A DNA stretch of 64,000 nucleotides from Octopus vulgaris (Eukaryota), in assembly GCA_951406725.2 (NCBI GenBank), contig OX597816.1:78244001-78308000 (forward strand), given 5' to 3'. The notes below the pieces were generated by a model. That model searched no databases, was not told the DNA's origin, and saw nothing but the letters and a program-made list of their open reading frames with translations. The position numbers were made by a program, and so were the translations under genes. Each line of letters starts with the position of its first letter. Within the stretch, counting starts at the first letter, position 1. This document shows positions 27,144 through 43,329 of the stretch, one piece after another.

Positions 27144-28348
27144 GTGGAGAAATTATTTATATCTTCTGTTAATAAAATACCTGACAACAGTTTGATGTGT
27201 AACGAATAGAATGCTTTACTTCTAAAATCAAGTAAAGTTACATCTGGCTGTAGAACGCTGCCTTAGAAGTCTTGTCCAATTTATACTGGTACAGATAAAG
27301 CAGACATAAATACAATAATGATGATTATCAGGAAAAATATTAAGAGCACTAAAATAAAAACAAAAATAAAACTGAAGTGAAGAACGAATACATAGTGCGT
27401 GTGTTTATTTGGCAAGTAAAAAATGACTGTCCCGAAATATAACAGTACTAAGGATTCTCTCCCTCTATCCGCTCAGTCGAAGTCGACTCTCGGTCACTCG
27501 TTGGATAAGTGTCCTCCAGTCATTCTATCCTTGCCGCTTCCTTCGGACTGGTCATGTCCATTCCGGTTAGCTAATATTATTAACTAGCTGGCTATGTAAG
27601 GGAGATAACTGGGAAAATAATTCCATAGATAAATATTACCCTTACTTTATAGTTGCTAGATTAGCAAGAAAAGGACATCATCGTTGATTTAATGTTCCCT
27701 TTACCATGGTTGAATGGAGTTTATTGAGGCAGATTTTCTACGGCTGGATATCCTTCTTGTAGGGAAGTAAGGTAATATTTCCCTACCGTCAGACATTTTC
27801 ATAGAATATTGGAAATGAATGACACAACAATTACGTGAAGTCAAGACAAAGAGACACAAACATACAAGATGCATGCACGCGTGTGCACACACGCACACAT
27901 CCGGATGCTTCTTTCAATTTCCTTACAAGGCTTTGTTGACCTGGGGCTGTTGTTGAAGACACTTGACTAACTGAACTTGGAATTATGTGGTTGTGAAGCA
28001 AACTTCTTGACCATATATCTAACAGTTAAAACCATGGTCCACCAAACGGACTATCCCATACAATTTACTCAGACACAGAAAAAATCAATTAAAACATTAA
28101 AAAGAAATGGTTTAATGAATATGATTTTTTACTATGAAAGGTTTAACTGTTAAGATTTTCAACATTAAGTGCTATTAACCATTATAAGCTCTTTGATGAA
28201 TCAGAAAAGAGAAACAGGTGCATTAGTGGAATATGAACCATATTTCTATCAACTGCCAAATGATTACTGAATGCATTATAGAGCAGCAGCCAATACCTCT
28301 ATAATTCAATACTAATTTAAATAATTTTATATCAACATTATAAACAAA

Positions 28349-29660
28349 GAGTGTCATAGCCCATCTCATTAGGGAAAGAGTCTGCTTAGATGAGATGCAG
28401 TTCAGTTTTGTTCCAGGTAGAAGCACCACTGATGCCATACTCCTGGTTCGACAACTGCAGGAGAAATACCTAGCTAAAGATAAACCCCTCTACTTAGCTT
28501 TCGTGGACTTGGAGAAAGCCTTTGACAGGGTCCCCGATCCCTTATCTGGTGGGCAATGCGGAAACTGGATTAGTAGTGGAGGTAGATGCTCAGAGAGTGT
28601 CACCACTAGAATACGAATAGCCTGGGCAAAGTTTAGAAAGCTTCTACCCTACTGGTGACAAAGGGTCTCTCGCTCAGAGTGAAAGGTAGATTGTACGATG
28701 CATGTGTGCTAACTGCCATGCTTCACGGTAGTGAAACATGGGCTGTGACTGCAGAGGACATGCATAGGCTTGAAAGAAATGAAGCTAGTATGATCCGTTC
28801 AATGTGTAATGTCAGTGTGCACACACAACAGAGTGTAAGCACCCTGAGAAAAATGCTGGACATAAGAAGCATTGGATGTGGCATGCAAAAGAGACGTTTG
28901 TGCTGGTATGGTCATGTACTATGGATGGATGAGGAGAGATGTGTGAAGAAGTGTCATTCCCAAACAGTTGAAGGAATCTGGGATAGAGGTAGACCCAGGA
29001 AGACATGGGATGAGGTGGTGAAGCATGACCTTTGAACATTGGGCCTCATAGAGGCAATGACGAAAGACCAAGATCTCTGGAGATAAGCTGTGACTGTGGA
29101 GACCCGACAAATAATGTGAGTTCATGGCTGTTTCCTGCACCTGCTTCACATAGCAGCCCCAACCCATCCAAAGTACCTTGGATTGCAGGACGGCCTGCTG
29201 TGCTTACCCTGGATCATAGGGTGACTTGCTGTGCTTGAGGAGACCTATTGAGTCAAGTACATCAACATCAAATGGAAATTGTAGCTGCGATACCTGTGCT
29301 GATGGCATGTAAAAAGCACTATCCAAATGTGGATGATGCCAGCGCTGCCCTGACTGGCTTCCGTGCCGGTGGCACATAAAAAGCACCAACCGATCCTGGC
29401 CATTGCCAGCCTCCCTTGGCACCTGTGCCAGAGGCACATAAAAAGCACACACTACACTCACAGAGTGGTTAGTGTTAGGAAGGGCATCTAGCTGTATAGA
29501 CACTGCCAGATCAGACTGGAGCTTGGTGCTGCCTCCTGGCTTCCCAGACCCCAGTCGAACCATCCAACCCATGCTAGCATGGAAAACGGACAAAGAGTGA
29601 CCTGGTGGTGGAACAAGGAAGTTGACAGGCCTGGAAAGACTTGAAAAATGGTGGAAGCAG
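28349..29660 (+). mobile_element. RTE LINE with internal deletion: RT fragment, ORF2 end and 3' UTR
   Basis: QFSFVPGRSTTDAI, FVDLEKAFDRVP joined directly to SSGGRCSESVTTRIRIAW; LHGSETW; RGRPRKTW; 3' UTR block to ~29592. Confidence 0.92.
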
Positions 29661-29689
29661 ATAATTATGTCAGGTAGCCAAAAGGGCAG

Positions 29690-30120
29690 CTAGGATAATG
29701 CAAGTAAGACTCAAAAGAGATCTAAAGAAGAATGTAACAGTCAAGAAGGTGAATGACAATGACCTTTTTGTGTGCAATATCTGTAACAGACCATGCCTGT
29801 CTTTGGCTGGCCTCAAATTGCATCTGCGAATGCATGGAAAACGAACCTCCATCATCTATTCTGACTATATGTCTGTGAACACCTTTGAATGCAGTGTATG
29901 CCAGAAGGTTTGTAAACCCAATGGAGGCCTCGAAAGACATGTTAAGATCCACAAAAAGCAGAACTTATCTGTAGGTATTGGTGGTCCAAATCAGAGGTGC
30001 AATCTATGCGAGTGTCTTTTCAGAACATTGTCTGGTTTGAAAAGCCACATCAGACGCCATGATGGTGATAAGGTGTAGGTACAGGTGGTCAAACTCTGTA
30101 TACGGAGTAGACAACCACCA
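29690..30120 (+). mobile_element. 3' end of an RTE-BovB-like LINE encoding three C2H2 zinc fingers (ORF 29698-30078)
   Basis: CNICNRPCLSLAGLKLHLRMH, CSVCQKVCKPNGGLERHVKIH, CNLCECLFRTLSGLKSHIRRH with SxxGLxxH signature and no TGEKP linkers. A short hairpin 3' UTR (ACTC-TGTATACG-GAGT) and microsatellite tail follow. Confidence 0.7.
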
Positions 30121-30157
30121 TGTGTGTATGTATATACATACATACATACATATATAT

Positions 30158-30698
30158 ACTAGCAGTATAAGCCGACTTTGCCCGGGATTAAGTTAGGATT
30201 ATTAAGCTAATCAAGTTCTTTATTTCAAACCAAGCTAAGTAACATTGACATCAAATTTGGGCAAAATCTGTTGAAACTGGTTTATATGTATATATATATA
30301 TATATATAAATATATGGGCAACACACATACACACATGTATGTACGTACACCTATTGCATACATATTTTTTGCATGCATATATGTTCGTGTGTGTGTGTGT
30401 GTGTTGCCTGTATATCAACAAAACACTTTTTTCCTCGATGGAAAAAAACCAACAAAAGTCTTAACAAAAACTTATTCGTCGCTAGAAGGGGACTTAACTC
30501 CTGTTTGCAAACAATGGTGATTTCTCTGACTTGAACATTGTTAAAAGTTTTGGTTGAAAATTTATTTTTACTGCTTTTTGCTGGTGCCTCTGGTAAAAAT
30601 AAGTTGACAAAAATACAGCTAGGGTCATAACGAAGGTTCTCCTAAAATTGGAGCGACATGCATGCTAATTTGTGGACGTGCATAAATTACATTCATGT

Positions 30699-30700
<2 letters not shown>
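30158..30700 (-). mobile_element. Helitron-like non-autonomous remnant
   Basis: Minus strand ends CCCGGGCAAAGTCGGC..CTAGT (GC-rich hairpin plus CTAG); CAAATTTGG..AAAATC and (CA)n internal motifs. Confidence 0.45.
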
Positions 30701-30734
<34 letters not shown>

Positions 30735-30767
30735 CCTGCCTTTTATATATACATATATATATATATA

Positions 30768-31320
30768 TATCATCATCATCATCTTCATCTTTTAACGTCC
30801 GCTTTCCATGCTAGAATTGGTTGGACAGTTTGGTTGAGGACTGGCAAGCCAGGAGGCTGCACCAGGCTCCATTCTGATCTGGCAAGGTTTCTACAGCTGG
30901 ATGCCCTTCCTAACCCCAACCACTCTGAAAGTGTAGTGGGTGCTTTTTACATGCCACCGGCATGGGGTTCAATCAGGTGGTACAGGCATCGACCATGCTC
31001 AAATGGTGCTTTTTATGTGCCACCAGCATGGGAGCTAGTCAGGAGGCACTGGCATTGACCACACTTGAATGGTGCTTTTTATGTGTCACTGGCACAGGAG
31101 CCAGTCAGGCAGCACTGGCAACGACCATGGTCGAATGGTGCTTGTTATGTGTCACTGGCATGGGGGCCAGTCAGGTGGCACTGGCATTGACCATGCTTGA
31201 ATGGTGCTTTTTACATGTCACTGGTCACGAGGGCCAGTCAGACGGCACTGGCAATGATTACACCATTCAAATGGTAGCTTTTATGTGTCACTGGCACAGA
31301 AACAGTCAGACAGCACTGAC
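30768..31320 (-). mobile_element. RTE 3'-UTR copy with ~6 tandem units
   Basis: (CAT)n, conserved block, then repeated AATGGTGCTTTTTATGTG units about every 66 bp. Confidence 0.8.
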
Positions 31321-31384
31321 ATACACACACACACACACATATATATACATACACACGCACACACAACACACACACACACATCGG

Positions 31385-31708
31385 ACCATTCTGTTGGTTA
31401 TGACAATGAGGGTCCCAGCTGATACAATCAACAGAACATCTTGCTCGTGAAATTAATGTGCAAAAGGCTGAGCACTCCACAGTCACATGTACCTTTAACG
31501 TAGTTCTCAGGGGGATTCAGTGTGACACAGAGTGTGACAAGGCTAGCCCTTTGAAATACAGGTAGTACTTATTTTTACCAGCTGAGTGGACAGGAGCAAT
31601 GTGAAATAAAGTGTCTTGCTCAAGTTCACAATGCATCACCGGGAATTGAACTCACAATCTTAAGATCATGAGTGGAATGCCCTAACCACTAAGCCATACG
31701 CCTTCACT
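31385..31708 (-). mobile_element. tRNA-derived SINE (Deu-like)
   Basis: Minus strand: A box TGGCTTAGTGG, B box GAGTTCAATTCC, then TTGAGCAAGACAC and CCACTCAGCTG. Confidence 0.7.
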
Positions 31709-32199
31709 TATATATATATATACTTGGGACGTATTTTGAACTATAAAACTGCTTGCTGTAGTGAGAAATTTTCACATGAGTTAGTAGGTGCTAAAATACC
31801 AACAACAATGCATTTCTAGCTTCTTGGCTATGGTCATTTATGTGCACCATTAGAGAGACAAGTCTGAAATGATTCAGAAAGTCTTCACTTAAGATAAATC
31901 TGTATCAAAACATGAACTGACTATATGTGACACAGGCCTAGACTATAACAAAATATTGTAATAGGCACATGAAAGCAGTGTTGTGAGTAATTAACAGTCC
32001 ATGATGACAATGAGGCAATTTTTGTAACACAATGCTTTGATGTTATTAGGAGATAAATATAGCTTTTATAAGTAGAATAAATTATAGTTCAGTAGTTTTG
32101 CAATTCTGGTTCGAATGTTATGAATGTGTTTTGATTTTGAGAGAAAATAAAAGAAACCAGGGTCATTAGTAGTGTGTTTTATCATTTGTTGCAGTTATC

Positions 32200-33760
32200 T
32201 TCATCACTACTGCCTGAAATATCACTTTCACCATCACTGACGCTATCTTTGGATTCTTCATCATCTTCAATGGCTCTAATATGCTCGTAAAGCTTGTTCA
32301 GATGTGAATTAGCCTTGTTAATGCATCCTTGGATTGTTTTGCGCTCCAGATTCTGAAATGATGCATACAGTCATGCCAGCACCTGCTCGATGATGGTGTT
32401 CATGGTGTACTATATTCCCACTTCATCCTTGACAACGACCCATATGAGCTCAATCAGCTGCAAATTGGAATGATGCAGTGGAGAAAAGATGACCTCATGA
32501 CATCTTTCTCTTGCCATGGAACAAACGACTGGAAAGATGTGTAGTTTGTTGTACTCCCTCAGCTTTTCCCAAAGCACACACTTCAGGTCTACTTTGAATG
32601 GAATCTCTCGTTCTTGACATGGCACCTGCATTTGAGCCTTTTTCCACCATCCTTCTGATGTTGATTCAGGGAGATTAGAGTGATGTTTGGCATTGTTCAT
32701 CACAATGATAGCATTTCTAATCCCCCAGTCATCAAGAGCTTTGAAGTGCTTCTCTATCCACTCAACAAAATACTTGTGGTTGAACATCCCATGGTAGTCT
32801 TTTGTTTGCTTTCCTCCTACAAAGACATGCAGAGTGTCCACCATTAAGTGAGCCATTTGATTTTCATTTTGAGCTTCTTCTGGCACAGTGGAGTCAGCAT
32901 CAATAATGGCTATGATGAAACAGTATTGTTTCTTTTGTGTTGTGTTTTCACTTGTTGGTCCTGCTCATCATTCAGATTATACAAACTATCATCTTATTGA
33001 GCATAATTCTTGTAAATATAGCTCTCATCCATGTACATAATTTGTCGCTTCTTTGCTGCATTGAGAGAAACTGATCTGACTGTATAGAGACCTTGCTTAT
33101 GAATGTTCTTGACTCGGAGCTTGTAGCACATTATTCCTTTCTTCTTTCCATGATGGTAGTTGTTTCACTTCAGTAATCTTAGCACAGATCTCAGAGATGC
33201 TTGGACTTGCTTTAGTTGATCACAGTTAATAGCAATAAAACTATTTTTGATACAACAGTCCACCACATCCTAAGCAACAGTCTTAGTGTGAATTGTCCAA
33301 CGATCTCTGACAAATTTCTGGATTACGGAAGTCAAATGATGAAGATCAAGAACTACCGAAGTCTATGGATTTTGATTTCCAGTCATCTTCTGCTCAGAAA
33401 TTTCTTCAGTCTTAACAAATTTGGTCTACATTTCATTGCAGAGCTTATTACTTCAATCAAGGACATTTGCAGTATGGTTTGTGGCATCTACATTCTTCTT
33501 TTTTCGATCAGGTTTCTTATTACTGAGCAGCACATGTTCATGACAAAATTTGGCTTGCACAGAGAGAATATCCAACTTCTCCTCTTTGGTAAGGTTCCTA
33601 GGTCAATTTTTTTTCACAAAACTCTCCACAGATTTGAGAAATTCATTATCTACAACCTTTATGCATCTTCTTGACATTTCCCTGTCTTTTGTTTCTTCTT
33701 GGCTCCAAAATGTGATCTTCAACTTGGCCCTTTTCTTCATTTCTTTCCATAACTTTTGAT
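32200..33760 (-). mobile_element. Degenerate IS630-Tc1-mariner transposase with long D-E spacer (Sailor/DD82E-type)
   Basis: YMDESYI (~33015-33036), DYHGMF, IVM(D>N)NAKHH, PLHHSNLQLIELIW; 81 residues between the second D position and E; acidic tail; stops and frameshifts. Confidence 0.8.
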
Positions 33761-34100
33761 CTGGAGGGGAGAGAAAAATAATGGTGCAAAATAGATTTCA
33801 ATCATTATTTTTTTTTTTTTACACAGAAATCAATTTTTTTCAATTGCATGGCACTTCACCTGTTAGCATTTTTAAATGCAAAATTTTGTTGTCCCTTGAT
33901 ATCTCAGGTTGATATTTGGGTGCTTGTATAAATTAAAGCAAAGCCAAGACAAAAATAACAACAACAACAAAATAGTTTTTGGATTTATATTCTTTCATAT
34001 AAAATGGAAAATAAGAACTGAGCATAATATAAGAAAAGCATTAAAAAATATAGATATATACATACATACATAATTCCTGATGTGAACTTGTATGTTGAAA

Positions 34101-34605
34101 CATCATCATCATCATCATCATTTAGCGTCCGCTTTCCATGCTAGCATGGGTTGGACGGTTCAACTGGGGTCTGTGAAGCCAGAAGGCTGCATCAGGCCCA
34201 GTCTGATCTGGCAGTGTTTCTACAGCTGGATGCCCTTCCTAACGCCAACCACTCCATGAGTGTAGTGGGTGCTTTTTACGTTCCACCCGCACAGGTGCCA
34301 GATGGAGCTGGCAAACGGCCACGGACGGATGGTGCTTTTTACGTGCCACCGGGGGCCAGTTGGGGCAGCACTGGCAACGGCCACGAACGGATGTTGCTTT
34401 TTACGTGCCACCGGGGGCCAGTTGGGGCAGCACTGGCAACGGCCACGATCGGATGGTTCGCTTACTTGTCACCGGCACTGGTATCAGAGCTGCAATTTCC
34501 ATTGATGTTGATCGACTTCGATTTTCGTTCTGCTTTCTGATATCTGATTTGATTTGGTTTGATTTTGATTTTGATTTTCACTTGCCTCAACGGGTCTTCA
34601 CAAGT
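34101..34605 (-). mobile_element. Young RTE 3'-UTR copy
   Basis: (CAT)n tail, conserved block, tandem GGGGCCAGTTGGGGCAGCACTGGCAACGGCCACG units, (GATTT)n. Confidence 0.82.
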
Positions 34606-35059
34606 GGACATACATATAATTTTTGTATTTGAGAATGGTATATGACAATGATTTTTAACTTTGGTACTAGGACACTTAATTTGTAAAGCAAGTTGATTTT
34701 GGATACAGGCAAAGTTTATGCTGATAGAATTTTGACTCAGGACATAAAGAAACACATTTAAATGTCACAAAACCTTTAATCTGACTGTTATCGTTTTATC
34801 AATGCATCAACCTCAAAGAATATAAAGACATAAGACTGGTTTCAGTATATGTTAGGATTTTTGAACACTTTTCATTCCATAGGGAATCCAGTTGTTGTTG
34901 CTTCTGTCCTGGCTGGGAAAACTTATAGTCAAAGCTATTCCAGCTATGACTACCTCACGTTTATTTTTTTGGTATCTCAGGAGAGTTGTTATAAAATAAT
35001 AATAATGAACCTACTGTATACAATGTTCAGGCACATTACAAATCATCAAAAAATGTAAG

Positions 35060-35850
35060 CAAAATTGCATCAACAGTACATAGAATATGCATAGAATGTG
35101 ACAGTAAATAAGTTGTTAGCCCCCTCCCCACAAAAACGGGGGTAGGGGACATCTGGTGTACTGTTGGTGAATTTCAGGAAGCATGGAAGTTTTGAAAGAT
35201 GCAGTGTCTCAACAGCTAACAACTGATGCAGATAGTTTACTTCACGCTTCCGCAATTCTGAGCATGAAAATATGTTTCTGAAAGTCATGGCTGCTGTGTT
35301 GTTTTTCAATTTTGTAACCATGTCCACATGTGTTAGACATATGAAATTCAAAAAAGTGCCCAAGGTAGTAGTTGGAAAGCTGGTGGACAATCTTGTGGGT
35401 GTCTACCAAGTTAGTTGTTAGATGTTGGAACTTCCCAAGCCAAAGGAAATGAGACATTCAGAGTATGGTAGATACCTGACATTAGGTATTCATCTGGTTG
35501 CACATTTCTCAACACTTTCCAAGAGATTGATATGCTGAGCAAGATAGAGCTTCTAGACTGATGATGTAAATTCTAAGTGTGGATGTACCATAGCCATATA
35601 CAGCTTTAAATAGATAGCTGGAGAGTGGCAAACAAAGGTCATACTGAGTGATGCTAAGACACCCTCAGTTTTCTTGACAATTTTAGAGATGTGGTTTCTT
35701 CAACACAAATCACTGTTGGCAATAATACCTAAGTCATGTTCATTAACAGATTTCTTAAGATTGGTGTTGTTGAGGAAGTATGTAAAAACTGGGTCTTTTC
35801 TTCCCAAAATGCATGGTGATGCATTTGTCCACAAACAGCTTATGTTAATA
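35060..35850 (-). mobile_element. Degraded CR1 LINE 3' fragment
   Basis: KCITMHFG, EHDLGII, LYMAMVHPHLEF, LLESVEKCATR, LPYSECL, TCGHGYKIEKQ with many stops. Confidence 0.85.
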
Positions 35851-36439
35851 ATAAAGTCCTTTCTATTCCAGGCCTACTTCAGGTCTATCTGTTAAACCTA
35901 GTTAACTTGGTTAAGTGTTAAAAAATTGACTAATAATAATAATAATAAAAGAAGTGGAAGAGAACCACAGTGTGTCTTAATTATTGATATAATGACCCTT
36001 TTGAGATACAACAAAATATGTTTCAATGTACATGTTCACATCAAGAATCTTCCAAACTAAATTTTAAAATTCTTCCTTTTTCAGCAATAGTGTAGCTTGA
36101 ACAGGTTGAATGATCACATAAAGTCTGGAATGGCACTACACAACAGTTGTTATTGGTGGAAGTGAATTTAGTGAAATAATTATAACAAGGATAAAGCAAA
36201 AGACAATAATTTCTAGTAATTATCACCAGGATTGGAAGCAAATTGTTCAGATGCAAAAGGAATTCTCCATTAAAAATATGTAGGAAATATTATGTAACAT
36301 GGTAGTGTGATATGAACACTGAATACAGAAAAATTGTGAATTATGGAGAATTTGTTAAGAAAGATGTGAGAAGGATACAGAGGAGTTTAAGTGGAGAATG
36401 ATCTGCGGATGGCAGCTAGCCATAAAAGGTACAGTTAGG

Positions 36440-39300
<2,861 letters not shown>

Positions 39301-39510
39301 TATGTCTATAAAGTCACGGTGGGATTTCAAAACTATCTATCGATGTAAGTTGCAAAGTTTCATATACATTCTGAATAAGTGATCAAGTATTAAAGTTTAT
39401 GTACAGTTTAGTGCAGTTCAATGTGGTTTGCCTGAGATGGGTAGTGTCCTGTCTATTTTCCAGATTTATGTTTTCTACAAACTATATATATATGTATGTA
39501 TTTATACATA

Positions 39511-39546
<36 letters not shown>

Positions 39547-40059
39547 TTAACACACACACACAAATAATAATAATAATAATAAAAACAAAATTGCATAAAC
39601 ACATGTAACAGTTTTTAAAAATATTAACATATGCATGTGCACATAACTAAATGAATATTAATGTTAATAAACTGAATCGGTCAGTGATCAAACACTCCAT
39701 TGAAATGTGATTCCTTCTTTATCAATTTTTAACCCTGATAAAATACTCAATTTACTACATTCAAATGCATCTTAGAGATTATTTGAATTATAGGTATGGA
39801 AACAATTGCAGGTTGTAAGGAATTGAGATTATTCGGAATTGTGTGTGTGTAAAAACATATTTACTAACAGAAAAGCGTGCTATTAAAATAAATCATGTTT
39901 TACATAAATCATCTTTTTTTTAAATCACTCTGTCACGCTAATGAAATTCCTGATGCACATGCATACACACATACTGACAAACGCACACTCAGCATGAGTG
40001 ATATACTTTTATAGAGAGTGAGAAACTTTACCATGAGAAAATGAAAGAGATAGACAAAT

Positions 40060-40123
<64 letters not shown>

Positions 40124-40865
40124 TTTCTGTTGCTGTTATTTATTTTGAAATTTTAAAGTGAACTGAAAATTTTCAAATTTGGTATATTGATATATTTTTT
40201 CACTCTGAATCCAATTTTGTGATTCATTTATTCCAGAAAAAGTTTAGAAAACTGTTACAGAGGCTTAAACTTTGGACATTTTTACCCAATCAGAAAACAG
40301 GATTTGTACATGATAGCTGTCATATATTAAAAATAAACATTAGAATACAAGGTTTTAAACAAAATGAAAGTAATGCATGAGCGTTAACACATATACAGAG
40401 AGAGAAAGAGAGAGTGTGACAAAGTGTGTGATAACTAATAGAGAGTAATAGAGTGATGGTAGCATAATAAAGAGTGTGAGATTTGTAGATATAAAACTGG
40501 AGTTATTTTTCATAGCAAATTATATTTTTTTAAAGTTATTTACGGACAACATTCTCTTTAGGATGTAGATTTCGAAAAACGAAATTGTTTTTCTCAAGGA
40601 GAACTGTTTCAGAATTTTTCAAGGCTAAACTGACATACATAACCACATACTTGCATTTACATAGTAGAAGATATATATGTAGATAGGTGAGGTAAAATCC
40701 CAGCTGTTTCCTCTTGAAGCACATCTGCTTATTCCATTATTATGATATAATAAGAAGTTGGTGTCGTTGCAACATATTAAAATTGAAAAATTCTGGAAAT
40801 ATTGTTTGCATAGTTATTGTATAACAAAACAAGAAGTTGGAAAATTTATTGAAATTATTATTCCC

Positions 40866-40963
<98 letters not shown>

Positions 40964-40965
40964 CA

Positions 40966-40996
<31 letters not shown>

Positions 40997-41121
40997 TATA
41001 TATATGTATGTATACACACACACACATACACATATGTATACATATGTGTGTGTGTGTGTGTGATGGATGTGGGTGCTGGTTCGTGTATGTGTATTTTGCT
41101 TATTTGTGTATGTTTAAGGAA

Positions 41122-41311
41122 TTAATAATCAGTATCCAATTGAACAATACTAAGGTAAGCTGCCTTCTGATTTTGTGTATAATTTACCTTAGAGTTGTGT
41201 GGTGATTTTGCAATTCCAATTTGGTCATTTGTGCTGATATGATGTATAACAGAATGTGAGAGGGTATCCTCAGCATATTTTTCTGAATGTAGTAGGACAA
41301 TGATGTTGCCT
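41122..41311 (-). CDS. TNF-superfamily ligand, terminal coding exon
   Basis: Acceptor TTTATTTTCTTTGCAG; phase 2. Reads (R)GNIIVLLHSEKYAEDTLSHSVIHHISTNDQIGIAKSPHNSKVNYTQNQKAAYLSIVQLDTDY*, matching THD strands F-H (DQI, final YLSIVQL). Confidence 0.75.
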
Positions 41312-41619
41312 CTGCAAAGAAAATAAATATATTAAAAAAATTTTGAAACAACTTAAACTATTCATATCTAAAAATGGTTTCTGATATGATTAAAGTATGA
41401 TTGCCATAGAAAGGTACTAACATCATGACAAAATAAACATGTGATACAGGATCTACGAAGATGGATAAAAAGTTTATAAGCTGACAATGAAAGATTGATG
41501 CTAGTGATGTGAAATCTTGAAAGCATCTATTCATTCTCTTCTTATTAATCATTGTATTGTTTCTTGCCAGATAAACTAACATCTGACTGTTCATAGGGCA
41601 TTTCAAAAGTAACTAGTAG

Positions 41620-42447
41620 TGATGTCTCTAGAAAATGGACAAAATCTGGCATCATAATGGGTTTAGTCCCCAGGGGATGATGCTCCAGTTTTATCAACAG
41701 TGTAAAAGTAGACATCTGAATTTAGAAGGGAAGGGAGAGTGTTGAAGAAGACCTGAAGTCTAGACATCCTGCAACTGCCACCACCAAGAAAAACATTGAT
41801 TGTATTCACCACATGGTGATGGATGACAGGTGATTGACTATAAATCCAATAGCCAATGATATTAAAATATCTTGTGAGAGAGTTGAGAATACTCTGCACA
41901 ATAAACTTGGCATCACAAAATTTTCTGCTTGGGGTGTCATATTTTCAAACATCTGATCAAAAGTGCACTAGGCTGATCCCATCACGGAAAAATCTGACAT
42001 TGTTTCAGACAGATCCATCTGGTTTCCTTGAACATTTCCTGACCCTGGATGAGTGTTGGCTTCACCACTTTAAACCAGAGATAAAGGGACAATCCATGCA
42101 GTGTAAACACCCCTCCTTGCCTGCTGTTAAGAAGGCCAAGTTTGTTTCATCTGCAGGGAAAATTATGGCCTCAGTTTTTCCAGTTACAAAAGGTATTGTG
42201 TTAATTGACTATCTTCAAAAGAGCCACATCATCAATGAAGAGTATGTCAATTATTGAGGCAGTTACAAAAGGCTATCAAGACCAAATGTCCAAGAAAACT
42301 GACAAAGGAGTCTTGTTTCATCAGGGACAATGCTCCAGCACACAAATCCTTGGTTTCAATGGCTGATATGCATGACTGGCTTTGAACTGGTTGACAACTC
42401 TCCCTATACTCCTGATTTGGCTCCATCTAACTATCATCTGTTCCTCA
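41620..42447 (+). mobile_element. Degenerate mariner transposase (in TNF intron)
   Basis: TLDECWLHHF, SAGKIMASVF, LIDYL, DNAPAH, YTPDLAPSNYHLF. Confidence 0.9.
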
Positions 42448-42570
42448 AGGAAGTATCACAGTAATAGTTATTTAAATTTTATAACTATAAAATACCTATT
42501 TAAATGTTGAAGGTATAAGAATTTAAAGAGAAATATTTTGTATTTGAATAGAATTATGAACAAAGTTTAC

Positions 42571-42666
42571 CTGTTTTCCTGTGTGATATAGCTAGACATC
42601 AGAATTTCTTCAGTTCCTGTACTTTTGATGAGTTTTGTTTCATAGCCATAAACTAAGTTTTGGAAT
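42571..42666 (-). CDS. TNF-superfamily ligand, internal exon (96 nt, phase 2-2)
   Basis: TGCAG| ... CAG|GTAAAC. Reads (E)FQNLVYGYETKLIKSTGTEEILMSSYITQEN(R), THD strands D-E. Phases match both neighbouring exons. Confidence 0.75.
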
Positions 42667-42689
42667 CTGCATATTACAGAACATCATGT

Positions 42690-43260
42690 TAATTTACTAG
42701 AATTATGGTATGGCTTATCAAAAAAATTAATTAGACAATTCTTTTTTGACAATATTGTGACTGATCTCATTTACTTCAACTTAATGTAACAAGCTGTCTC
42801 ATCAAGCATTCAAGATAACTTTGGAAACATGGAGTTTTATTTCCATCAAAATGAGGCACCCAACACTATCACAATAATGTAAAAGCCTACCTTGATGAAA
42901 TTTTGCCAAAGATGTGGATTGGATGAAGAAGTTCAGAATACTCTTTATATACACTAGACATTTTTCAAAGGGATAATTAAAAGATGATATTTACAGAATG
43001 AAACCAACAATGGTTGATGAATAGAAGACAGCCATTGATAGAGAATGTACACAAACACCAAGCAGAAAGTATCTTGATGTTTGGGATTCCATTACTTTGC
43101 ATTATCAGTAGTTCATCAGTTTGAAATGTTTATTAGTTTGAAATCAGGCTTTCATAGAAAAAATTAAATTCTTTCAATCAAATTTTGAAAATGAATTGTA
43201 TGTTAATAAACACTGACAGTATAGTCACTCAAAATGTGTATACAGTTTTTTGGTCACTCT
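42690..43260 (+). mobile_element. Degenerate Tc1-like transposase 3' part
   Basis: YFHQNEAPQHYHNNVKAYLDEILPKMWIG, LKDDIY; ends TTTTTGGTCACTCTTTA, a TIR-like end. Confidence 0.65.
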
Positions 43261-43329
43261 TTATGTATGTATGTGTGTGTATGTGTGTGTGTGTATATCA
43301 TGTCTATCTATCTATCTCTCTGGTTCTAT

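Noticed and set aside
33216-33674. 152-aa plus-strand ORF
   Set aside because: Lies opposite the 5' part of the Sailor-type transposon; no independent signal.
41187-41188. Apparent donor AAG|GTAAAT in the last TNF exon
   Set aside because: Read-through supplies the final beta-strand and stop (YLSIVQLDTDY*), and no good downstream phase-0 exon was found.
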